A stretch of DNA of 64,000 bases from a virus. Taxonomy: Duplodnaviria > Caudoviricetes. The position numbers and the translations under genes were made by a program. The stretch is from positions 224,001 to 288,000 of the IMG/VR virus record IMGVR_UViG_3300037484_000435; one strand, given 5' to 3'. Positions 53,081 through 60,814 of the stretch are shown piece after piece. A model generated the notes under the pieces. The model saw only the letters and a program-made list of their open reading frames with translations, was not told where the DNA came from and ran no database searches. The first letter of the stretch is position 1; each line of letters starts with the position of its first letter.

Positions 53081-53776
53081 TTATCCACTAAAATCAATGT
53101 TGTTAGTAATACACATCAGGGCCCACTTAATGGCGTCATCCACTGAGACATGGGCCGACGCTGGGCCATGGAGTTCTCCTGAAGCGGTGGTTGCTAAGTC
53201 ATAAGAATTAGGATAACCAGTTGTAAAACCGAGTGTCTCAGCACCAGTACCACCTGTAACTTTCGCACTAGATGTGTCACCCCAACTACTTGAGTTAAAA
53301 GACTTCTTAGTAGAACCTGACAGAATAAGAAATTTTCCATCCTCATACTTTACTTGAGCGTTTCGATAACTCAATATATTAGAAGCAGTAGATTTTACAC
53401 CAGATGCAGTTAGCTGTAATTGTGTTTGTAGGTTATCAGCCAAAATACTACCAGCAAAAGTACCGGTGGCCGTAGTCAATGTGACGGCCCCAGAATCTGC
53501 CTCATCTAGAGCAACCGTTAAGGTGTACCCCGAAACAGTAACGGGGGAGTTCACAGAAAAGGACTGTGCCCATCCACGCCTCATATCCGAAATAAATATC
53601 GGAGGTACTGCTGTTCTTGCTGTCACATTAGAATATACTGTTGAGGCAGCATACACATAGAGGATGTATCTTTCATCCCCATCTTCCCCCGCAGGTACAC
53701 GTGAAACTATATCTACATATACAGTTTTGGTATTGCTGGGGTAATTATCATCATATACAGTTACATTGTAAGCCAT
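53081..53776 (-). CDS. Virion structural protein (231 aa)
   Basis: Contains the shared LTVALD...LADNLQ...GKFLILSG...ETLGF module. Its termini resemble the N-terminal domain of the 176-aa gene. Confidence 0.7.
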   Translation of the reverse strand: MAYNVTVYDDNYPSNTKTVYVDIVSRVPAGEDGDERYILYVYAASTVYSNVTARTAVPPIFISDMRRGWAQSFSVNSPVTVSGYTLTVALDEADSGAVTLTTATGTFAGSILADNLQTQLQLTASGVKSTASNILSYRNAQVKYEDGKFLILSGSTKKSFNSSSWGDTSSAKVTGGTGAETLGFTTGYPNSYDLATTASGELHGPASAHVSVDDAIKWALMCITNNIDFSG

Positions 53777-53777
53777 A

Positions 53778-54140
53778 TTAAGTCTCCCTATATTTCATTC
53801 CACTAACTACTGTGGTAAAATAATAGCAGTTTGGATCTTCGCATTGCCAACCGGGTGGATTCGCAGCTTGTATAAGCCGACCACTAGTTGTGGTATGTAA
53901 CGAACATGGATAACTGCTGTAATCTAGTCCAAAAAAGGACCGATCAGTAGAATTCCCAGCCACGAAAATGCCCTCTATATAGGTAGCTTGTCCTGCGGAC
54001 ATGCCAGTATAGAGGCGACCTTCGTACTTGTACTTATCCCTATACTCAGAACTATACGGGCAAAGTTTATAAGAATAACCCCGTTTCCGCTTGTCTTCCC
54101 CCAAGTCATCATAAAAGGGGTAATGCCTAGCCCAACTCAT
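53778..54140 (-). CDS. Hypothetical protein with Cys/His cluster (120 aa)
   Basis: In-operon ORF with motifs LCPY...PCSLH...CEDPNC. Confidence 0.7.
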   Translation of the reverse strand: MSWARHYPFYDDLGEDKRKRGYSYKLCPYSSEYRDKYKYEGRLYTGMSAGQATYIEGIFVAGNSTDRSFFGLDYSSYPCSLHTTTSGRLIQAANPPGWQCEDPNCYYFTTVVSGMKYRET

Positions 54141-54150
54141 AAACTATCCT

Positions 54151-54381
54151 TTAGGGTTCGGGTATCGCAGATTTGCTAATTCTCAGCCCAATTTTGGTCT
54201 GAGAGTTCCAAGGATTCAGATTAGGGTCAATAACCTCACCAGTTATAAGACTGATATACTCAAGTGTAATACCTGACCCATTAATAACTGGAATTTGACC
54301 ATTAACAAAGAAGAAGCCTGTATCTTCATTCTTCGAGGTCCTAGACCCTCCCAGTCCTGTTTGCCCTATTGCGTCTAACAT
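54151..54381 (-). CDS. Small hypothetical protein, tandem duplicate copy (76 aa)
   Basis: Shares GQTGLGGSRTSKNE and LNPWNSQTKIGL with its neighbour. SD GGGGGAG. Confidence 0.8.
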   Translation of the reverse strand: MLDAIGQTGLGGSRTSKNEDTGFFFVNGQIPVINGSGITLEYISLITGEVIDPNLNPWNSQTKIGLRISKSAIPEP

Positions 54382-54417
54382 TTATGTCTCCCCCTACGAT
54401 CATTGTAGTTACGTGAT

Positions 54418-54636
54418 TTATTCAACGCTAATCTTCAAGCCAATCTTGGTCTGTGAGTTCCAAGGATTCAGCATAGGATCGATTACCATCCCCGTAACCA
54501 AATCATAATACTCAATTGCTATGCCACTACCGGCAAGAATTGGAATATTGCCATTCAAATAGAAATGGCCCTTAACTTCGTTCTTTGAGGTCCTAGACCC
54601 GCCAAGACCCGTTTGTCCAGTTGCATCTAATGCCAT
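54418..54636 (-). CDS. Small hypothetical protein, tandem duplicate copy (72 aa)
   Basis: Paralog of 54151-54381. SD AGGAGGAG. Confidence 0.8.
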   Translation of the reverse strand: MALDATGQTGLGGSRTSKNEVKGHFYLNGNIPILAGSGIAIEYYDLVTGMVIDPMLNPWNSQTKIGLKISVE

Positions 54637-54648
54637 TGTAGACTCCTC

Positions 54649-55062
54649 CTAATTAATTATGTCCTCTGGGTTTAGAACCCATGCCGGATAAACCAGCATT
54701 TTGTGGTGTATTCGTTCGTCGTGCCCCGAACAATCTATTAAAAACCGTAGCCCATTTTTAAGCTCTTTCAATGAACCAGATTTATTGTGTAACAAAACAC
54801 ACCCTTTTAAAATAACATCATCGTCTTTATACTCAACCTCTTTCCACTGTAACCTAGCAATATAAAAATTACTAGGTAAAAATAATTTAGTGCCTAGATT
54901 TTGTCGAGTAAAATCCAAATCCATATAAGTATCTGGATTAATCTTCGCAGCAATCTTCAAAACTGGCCCACTAAACCAAGCCTTCTTAAAAGTTGCTACG
55001 TCCCCGTTATACTTTAAACCCTTCCACTGTAAGAACAGTTGATATATTTCCTTAACTTGCAT
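54649..55062 (-). CDS. Hypothetical protein (137 aa)
   Basis: In-operon ORF with SD AGGAGG. Confidence 0.75.
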   Translation of the reverse strand: MQVKEIYQLFLQWKGLKYNGDVATFKKAWFSGPVLKIAAKINPDTYMDLDFTRQNLGTKLFLPSNFYIARLQWKEVEYKDDDVILKGCVLLHNKSGSLKELKNGLRFLIDCSGHDERIHHKMLVYPAWVLNPEDIIN

Positions 55063-55087
55063 ACCCCTCCTGTTGTGTTAAACCACC

Positions 55088-55819
55088 TTACGAAGGTAGA
55101 TAAATAGGTTGCAACGTGATTGTCACACTAGCACTTGCTTTAACACCGGGGGCCCAAAACCTACTGTGCCCCACATAAGAGAAGTTACCAAAATAAGTGG
55201 TATCGTATTCTCCAATAGAAAGTGCTTGTGCTTGTACATTTCCTTTTTCACCCTCAGTTGTTATACTATCGAGTGCTATAATCGCCCCCGTAGTAGTTTC
55301 TAAATTTGCTTGAGTATCATCCCCCACCAAGGTGCCTTCAGCAGTTCCCATGGCTAAAACACTGGGGAGAGGTTCAGCATACACTTTTCCACTATAACCC
55401 GCCACGTCCGCCAATAAATAGGAATTGCCCTGCCAAGTTTCCACCCCTTGGTTAGTACGATCCTTTGTATAACTATAACTGGTCACATAAAACTCACTGC
55501 TAAAAGGCTCAATAGTAGCTGAGGTTCCACATATAGCAGGAGTGATATTTATAATACCTTTAGCAGGAGACTCGGGGCACGGTTCGGCCTGGGATATCGT
55601 AATTTCTAATGAAATAGATGGTGTGATATCCCCATATACAGAAAAACTAACCGTGTTCTGGGCTGGAATTATTGCCGCGTAAGGGCTCCTTGACCCCAAG
55701 GTCCACAACTTATTCGGTTGTCCTCCTTTCGACCAATCTACAGATGTAATACCCTCATTCACTGGGGAGCCCGCCAAAGTAACAGAAACAACGCTCGCAT
55801 TTCCTATTATTACCGCCAT
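55088..55819 (-). CDS. Putative tail-tube-fold protein (tube or tube-initiator-like, 243 aa)
   Basis: The pattern ITSVDWS...LWTLGSRSPY...TVSFSVY...FYVTSYSYT...ETW follows the strand order of phage tube proteins. By-eye call. Confidence 0.45.
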   Translation of the reverse strand: MAVIIGNASVVSVTLAGSPVNEGITSVDWSKGGQPNKLWTLGSRSPYAAIIPAQNTVSFSVYGDITPSISLEITISQAEPCPESPAKGIINITPAICGTSATIEPFSSEFYVTSYSYTKDRTNQGVETWQGNSYLLADVAGYSGKVYAEPLPSVLAMGTAEGTLVGDDTQANLETTTGAIIALDSITTEGEKGNVQAQALSIGEYDTTYFGNFSYVGHSRFWAPGVKASASVTITLQPIYLPS

Positions 55820-56646
55820 TATAGTAGTCCCCCCTTAAGAAACTTTTCATTTTTACGTTCTAAAAATATTGTCGCATCCTTATATAACCATTGGCCAAAT
55901 TTTTGTAATTGCTTTACCCCTGTAAGCCCCCAATTACTGTAAGTTTCTTTTGGTGTAGTTATATAACCACCGACCCCAAGAATAGAAGAAATATTATACT
56001 TAAGCCATTGACAAAAAGATAATTTCCCAGTTATTTGTGCTTGAACTTTTTTTCCCTTAACACAAATACACCCATCTCCATCAAAAACACCCCGTATATA
56101 ATGATGAAAAAATTCACTAGAAACATCTCTTGGAAATATATCACTATAGGTTTTTCTAGGAACAATTCCATGACTGACTAAATCGTTAAACATTTTACTA
56201 GAATGAAAACTAATAACTACTCGGTCTAGGGTTGTATCGCGTATTGGTTTAGTCATCTGGGTTTCTTTACACAACAGTTCTAATATTTTTTTGTCTTTCT
56301 TATTAATCATAATCTGCATAACATATTTATTAGGAATATAATTATGGATACAACCATCAGCATAAATAAAACCTAAGAAATAAGCCTTTGCTTCGGTATC
56401 AATACGGTTGAAAAAATCCTCATCAAAAGTATACAATTTTTTTGGACGTAAATTTTTAGAACCATTTCTTATACGCATACTATCTATAAACTCTTGGGTT
56501 TTTAACAGGCCCATCTTAAATCCCATAGTATTAACGGATATTACTGTCCTTCCCAAAGCTTTGGCAATGTCTTCATTATAGTGTGTGGAAAACATATCAA
56601 CCAGAGTATATTTCTCTTCTTGTGTCCACAATTTACCGCCTGCCAT
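55819..56646 (-). CDS. Free-standing LAGLIDADG homing-endonuclease-like protein with one N-terminal WTxEE HTH repeat (275 aa)
   Basis: IDTEAKAYFLGFIYADG and HYIRGVFDGDG, with both acidic catalytic positions present. C-terminal WLYKDATIFLERK. Confidence 0.85.
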   Translation of the reverse strand: MAGGKLWTQEEKYTLVDMFSTHYNEDIAKALGRTVISVNTMGFKMGLLKTQEFIDSMRIRNGSKNLRPKKLYTFDEDFFNRIDTEAKAYFLGFIYADGCIHNYIPNKYVMQIMINKKDKKILELLCKETQMTKPIRDTTLDRVVISFHSSKMFNDLVSHGIVPRKTYSDIFPRDVSSEFFHHYIRGVFDGDGCICVKGKKVQAQITGKLSFCQWLKYNISSILGVGGYITTPKETYSNWGLTGVKQLQKFGQWLYKDATIFLERKNEKFLKGGLL

Positions 56647-56716
56647 TACATAATTCCTCCAACTAGTATACTGCTTTAATCAACAGGTTACTTAATTTGT
56701 GTGTCCCAACAACTGA

Positions 56717-56974
56717 CTAGACCCTCTTACCTATAGCTACTGCTGTAACTTTGTACTCGTTGTAGTCTGTTTCACTCGCAGGTGCTAGACTTTGTTCTAG
56801 TATGTACCCTTTGAAATGAATGCCCCCAGCCGTAAGTTCTAAACCAGGACCACCGGGAGAATAGGGTGCCCCAGTACCAACCTTAGAGTAAACTGTCATT
56901 GAAATGTTTGCTAATCCATTACTCTGGTAAGAAATACTAAGAGTAGAACAATCAAGAAACGATTCGTCGGCCAT
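56717..56974 (-). CDS. Small beta-rich tail/hub-like protein (85 aa)
   Basis: LSISY...ANISMTVY...FKGYI...EYKVTAV suggests a minimal tube/hub barrel. The start is coupled to the upstream stop (TAATG). Confidence 0.55.
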   Translation of the reverse strand: MADESFLDCSTLSISYQSNGLANISMTVYSKVGTGAPYSPGGPGLELTAGGIHFKGYILEQSLAPASETDYNEYKVTAVAIGKRV

Positions 56975-57900
56975 TAGATTAACTCCGCTAGGTAAAATTT
57001 TTCATATTTCCTCAACAGAAAAAATCCACTACTTGAGTAAAGCCATCTAGCAAAATCTTTTAATTGGTTTCTGCCTCGAAGTTCCCACCTATAGTGGTTC
57101 CGAACTTTATAGATATTTCCCGAGATGTCTATACTCTCTTTCAAAGTTTTCTTTACCCATTCACAAGTATTTTGATGGCCGACAATTGCCACTGTAGACT
57201 GCCCTATATTTTGGTGTATATAAACACATCCATCCGAATCAAATAACCCCCTTAACAGGTCACGTTTATACTGTGTATCTGGGATTGTCATATTATGGGT
57301 TTTATTTGTAACAACACCACACTTAATTAAATCAGCCATAAGGAGTTCTGAGTGCAATACCAATTCGACATAATTTTTTCGAGAGCAATATATTCTTCCA
57401 GAAAAGGACATAATATTTTTTGTAAAATCTAATAATTCAATATCCCGCTTGTGCAATAAAATTCTTAATGATTGGTTCTTATAATTACAACCGTCACCTA
57501 GAATAAAACCTAGTAAATACGCCCTGTTCTCCGTATTTATTTCTCTGAAAAAATTTTGGTCAAACGTGTTCTTTCGCCGTATTGCACTTACAATCTGAAA
57601 AGTAGTTTTTGGGTCTCTCTTAATTCCGAGACGTTGGGCCTTATCTTTGATCGACGGCCAATGTCGGGGACTAAAAATTTCTATTAGATCCGCTCTACTT
57701 TTAAATGGGTACATCTTATACAACAATGAAACTTCATCTTGAGTCCACGCAACCTGTTCGGATTGGGGACGTAAACCAAGCACACCTAATTTATTACTAA
57801 CAGCCCTCTTAGATTTTCCAAGATACTCTGATAAGTAATTACGAGTATGAAAAAGGTAATTATCTGATAACCACGTTATTTCTTTATCTGCCCACTTCAT
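56974..57900 (-). CDS. Free-standing LAGLIDADG endonuclease-like protein with two HTH repeats (308 aa)
   Basis: INTENRAYLLGFILGDG and LLRGLFDSDG. N-terminal repeats WADKE...LGL and WTQDE...LGI. Confidence 0.85.
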   Translation of the reverse strand: MKWADKEITWLSDNYLFHTRNYLSEYLGKSKRAVSNKLGVLGLRPQSEQVAWTQDEVSLLYKMYPFKSRADLIEIFSPRHWPSIKDKAQRLGIKRDPKTTFQIVSAIRRKNTFDQNFFREINTENRAYLLGFILGDGCNYKNQSLRILLHKRDIELLDFTKNIMSFSGRIYCSRKNYVELVLHSELLMADLIKCGVVTNKTHNMTIPDTQYKRDLLRGLFDSDGCVYIHQNIGQSTVAIVGHQNTCEWVKKTLKESIDISGNIYKVRNHYRWELRGRNQLKDFARWLYSSSGFFLLRKYEKFYLAELI

Positions 57901-57912
57901 AAAATTTCTCCA

Positions 57913-58266
57913 TTAAAAACTAAAATCCTTTACTCCAGGAATTTCGTCCTCATCGACGAAAGTTGGTATCTTTCTCTCTTGGCCTGTAAAAACTATGTTA
58001 CCTTCCGCATCTACGTATTGCGAGGCGTTATACTGTGCAGTCTCAAAACTGGCTTCAGGGTTCAACCCTATAAAATCTTCCGACTCCAATAGTTGAGACG
58101 TAGCCCTATAATTCCTTGTAACTCTTACTTCCCCACCAAAAGACTGCAGGATATAATTAATAGACCCCTTAGCCATAGTACAGGGACAACTATTACAGAC
58201 AGGAGCAGGAGCCCCAGCACGTAATTTATAACTCACACCAGCTATACAAGATTCTAAATTAGCCAT
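57913..58266 (-). CDS. Hypothetical protein with Cys cluster (117 aa)
   Basis: ORF with the start coupled to the upstream stop (TAATG). Motif C...CNSCPC. Confidence 0.7.
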   Translation of the reverse strand: MANLESCIAGVSYKLRAGAPAPVCNSCPCTMAKGSINYILQSFGGEVRVTRNYRATSQLLESEDFIGLNPEASFETAQYNASQYVDAEGNIVFTGQERKIPTFVDEDEIPGVKDFSF

Positions 58267-59246
58267 TATATTAACCCCAATTCCGTAAATTTATTATGTT
58301 TTCTAAATAAATAGAAAGTTGCATCTTTATATAACCATTGAGCAAGTTTGGAGAGCTGATGCTTACCACTTAAAACCCAATAATTTGTATTTGAGTTTTT
58401 CTTAACATAAACACCACCACCAACCTCAAGATGTTTTTTCGTAATATACAGAGCCCACTCGCACGTCTTTAAAGACCCAGCAGCAATGCACGCGTGACCA
58501 GTGAACAGCCCTTGGTTAGACACCTTGCCAGTTATACATCCATCTCCATCAAATAGTCCTCTAAAAAAGTGCCGAATAAGAACATCAGGTAACTCAGGTA
58601 AATCGAGATCTAGGTAAGTCTTATTTGGTACAATGTTATACTTAGATAAGTCGTTGACTATCTTTCTTGAAGATACACATAATGTATATGTATTTTGACA
58701 CGAATTCTCAATTAGGTGTGTCAACTTATACACAGACTGCAACTCTTCTTGCAAAGAATCAAGAATATGTTTATCCCTCTCAATTAATTTAAGCATAACA
58801 TTTTTTCTGTGTCTAGGAATCCCACCATCCGCCCACAATAAGCCAAGAAAGTAAGCCTTTCCCTCAGTATCAATTGTTCTAAAATAATTTTCATTGTCAA
58901 TCTTCCTTGTAAGAGATTTACTAATTGACTCATTAATAACACTCTGACACTGTGAAAGCCCTAGACATCTTGCCTTCGTCTTTATTGCTGCCTTCGAGTG
59001 GCCACACATTCTTTCTAAATCACTTAGCGAAGTTGTAGTATATAGTCTAAATAAAAGGTCCACCTCTTTATCAGTCCAAAATTTTCCCTTTGGTCGGTTA
59101 AATTTACATAACCCTAATCTATTTGCTTTTTCCCTGATTGTCTTTGCTTCTCTTCCTAATACCTTAGAGATCTCTTCATTACTTACATCGGAGTAAAGAA
59201 CCTTTAATGTTATAATTTCATCGTCAGACCATCTTAAACCACCCAT
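58266..59246 (-). CDS. Free-standing LAGLIDADG endonuclease-like protein with two HTH repeats (326 aa)
   Basis: IDTEGKAYFLGLLWADG and HFFRGLFDGDG. Repeats WSDDE...ANRLGL and WTDKE...ARCLGL. Confidence 0.85.
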   Translation of the reverse strand: MGGLRWSDDEIITLKVLYSDVSNEEISKVLGREAKTIREKANRLGLCKFNRPKGKFWTDKEVDLLFRLYTTTSLSDLERMCGHSKAAIKTKARCLGLSQCQSVINESISKSLTRKIDNENYFRTIDTEGKAYFLGLLWADGGIPRHRKNVMLKLIERDKHILDSLQEELQSVYKLTHLIENSCQNTYTLCVSSRKIVNDLSKYNIVPNKTYLDLDLPELPDVLIRHFFRGLFDGDGCITGKVSNQGLFTGHACIAAGSLKTCEWALYITKKHLEVGGGVYVKKNSNTNYWVLSGKHQLSKLAQWLYKDATFYLFRKHNKFTELGLI

Positions 59247-59257
59247 CTACTTTTCTC

Positions 59258-59980
59258 CTAACACGTTCCAGGACATATAGAAAAAGGTGTCTCCATACTA
59301 TAAGTAATAGTGGGAGCTTGGGGACTATTATAAGAAAGAGTAAACCCAGTCAAATAGGCATCTACATTGCTAAAACCGCCACAACCAGCCTGTGCTGTGA
59401 CACTCAGTTTAAATGTTGTATCTATTTCGTCTGTATCAAAATTAATTGGCCCGCCAGTATACTTCAAATGATTGTATTGAGTTGTAACTTGTGCCTTATA
59501 GGCAGCAAACTGATTAGCTTGAATATTAAATTTTGGTGCTGAAACCCCGCAGCCATCAACTATGAATTTTGAGTTTCCTTCGAGATCACCAGTAACAGTC
59601 ACCTGCTTCTTTTTCAGCGGGATCATAACCCAACGCCCCTTCTTTTTACCGAGACCACCATCAGCTAGGAGGCAGTCAGAATCAAGCCTACAGTCATAAA
59701 TTAGTTTCCAAGGCACATTTAGAGACAAGTTAACATCACATATCAACCCACACGTATAATCTTCTGGCGGTACAAACGGATAAGCCGTAATCTGTATTGT
59801 AGTTTTTCCAGGACCATACAAGTACAACCATTCATTAGGCAAAGGTATACAGTCGTTTGATTTGGGCTCCCTCTGTATATCAGGGGCGGTATCAACGGAA
59901 ATACTATTTACTCTGCCGCTAATATCCTCATTATTAACAAGAATTCTAACCGCGGTGGTATTACAACAAGGACACGCCAT
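59258..59980 (-). CDS. Cys-rich putative tube-fold/baseplate protein (240 aa)
   Basis: VNSISVD...TTIQITAY...AYLTGFTLSY...TITYSM gives a tube-like strand pattern. Termini are MACPCC and ICPGTC. Confidence 0.45.
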   Translation of the reverse strand: MACPCCNTTAVRILVNNEDISGRVNSISVDTAPDIQREPKSNDCIPLPNEWLYLYGPGKTTIQITAYPFVPPEDYTCGLICDVNLSLNVPWKLIYDCRLDSDCLLADGGLGKKKGRWVMIPLKKKQVTVTGDLEGNSKFIVDGCGVSAPKFNIQANQFAAYKAQVTTQYNHLKYTGGPINFDTDEIDTTFKLSVTAQAGCGGFSNVDAYLTGFTLSYNSPQAPTITYSMETPFSICPGTC

Positions 59981-59984
59981 TTAG

Positions 59985-60797
59985 TTATTCCTCCAATAAA
60001 CCTGCTTCAACAAACTTATCATACTTCCTTGATAGAAAAAAGGGAGCATCTTGATAGAGCCATTGAGCGAATTTCGAAACCTTGGTTCTGCCTTGTAACT
60101 CGTAGATGGAAGAGCCATCATATTTGTGAACCATTTGACAGACACCAGCTTGTCTGGTAACTACTTCACTAACTGCCCAGAGAGCGTCACCGTTTCCCCT
60201 TATATTACACCTAGCTTTGTTAAATCCTAGGCTAACAGACCCATCAGCATCAAACAACCCTCTAATTAAGTGAGAGTATAAATCCTCTCTAATTTCAGGT
60301 ATCTTTAATATGTGTGCTTTCTTGGGAACCATTCCCCATTTAGCCAAATCATTAATCAATTTATAAGAAGAGATACGAAGCACAATCATTTCTTTGCGAC
60401 TTTGAGAGTTTCGTGCTATAGGAGAACTTGATTTCAATTGTTCTTTTATATAGTCGAGAACTTCTTGGTCTCTCTCGTGAATATGTATCGTAAGTCTAAA
60501 AAAGTCTTTGTCCACGTTTCCGTCCCCCAACAAAAATCCTAATATATATGCTTTGTCTGGAGCATCAATACTCTCGAAGTAACTTTCGTCAACTGTGTAT
60601 TTCCGTAAAGCATCACTGTTTATTCTCCGAAGGGACTCTTTCTCTTTGACAAGACCCAGTCGATTTGCTTTACGCCTTACAGACTGTCTAGTTCTACCTA
60701 ATAAGTCGGATAAATAAACATTACTATGAAAAGGGTATATCTTTTTTAATTGTTGCTCATCTTCTTCTGTCCATAAATTACTTGAAGTTTTTATCAT
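59985..60797 (-). CDS. Free-standing LAGLIDADG endonuclease-like protein with one HTH repeat (270 aa)
   Basis: IDAPDKAYILGFLLGDG and HLIRGLFDADG. N-terminal repeat WTEEDE...ANRLGL. Confidence 0.85.
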   Translation of the reverse strand: MIKTSSNLWTEEDEQQLKKIYPFHSNVYLSDLLGRTRQSVRRKANRLGLVKEKESLRRINSDALRKYTVDESYFESIDAPDKAYILGFLLGDGNVDKDFFRLTIHIHERDQEVLDYIKEQLKSSSPIARNSQSRKEMIVLRISSYKLINDLAKWGMVPKKAHILKIPEIREDLYSHLIRGLFDADGSVSLGFNKARCNIRGNGDALWAVSEVVTRQAGVCQMVHKYDGSSIYELQGRTKVSKFAQWLYQDAPFFLSRKYDKFVEAGLLEE

Positions 60798-60814
60798 AGA
60801 TACCTCTTTTTATT

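Noticed and set aside
54390-54410. Small inverted repeat CTAC-N7-GTAG between the duplicate genes
   Set aside because: The stem is only 4 bp with no U-tract, which is consistent with chance.
55819-60797. LAGLIDADG domains as inteins
   Set aside because: Each has its own SD, ATG and stop. There is no N-terminal Cys/Ser splice block or C-terminal His-Asn, and no host protein in frame.
55819-60797. HEGs inside group I or archaeal-type introns splitting one long gene
   Set aside because: Flanks are only 0-17 nt (one is 70 nt), which leaves no room for a ribozyme core, and each flanking gene has its own SD, start and stop. RT-PCR across the junctions would settle it.
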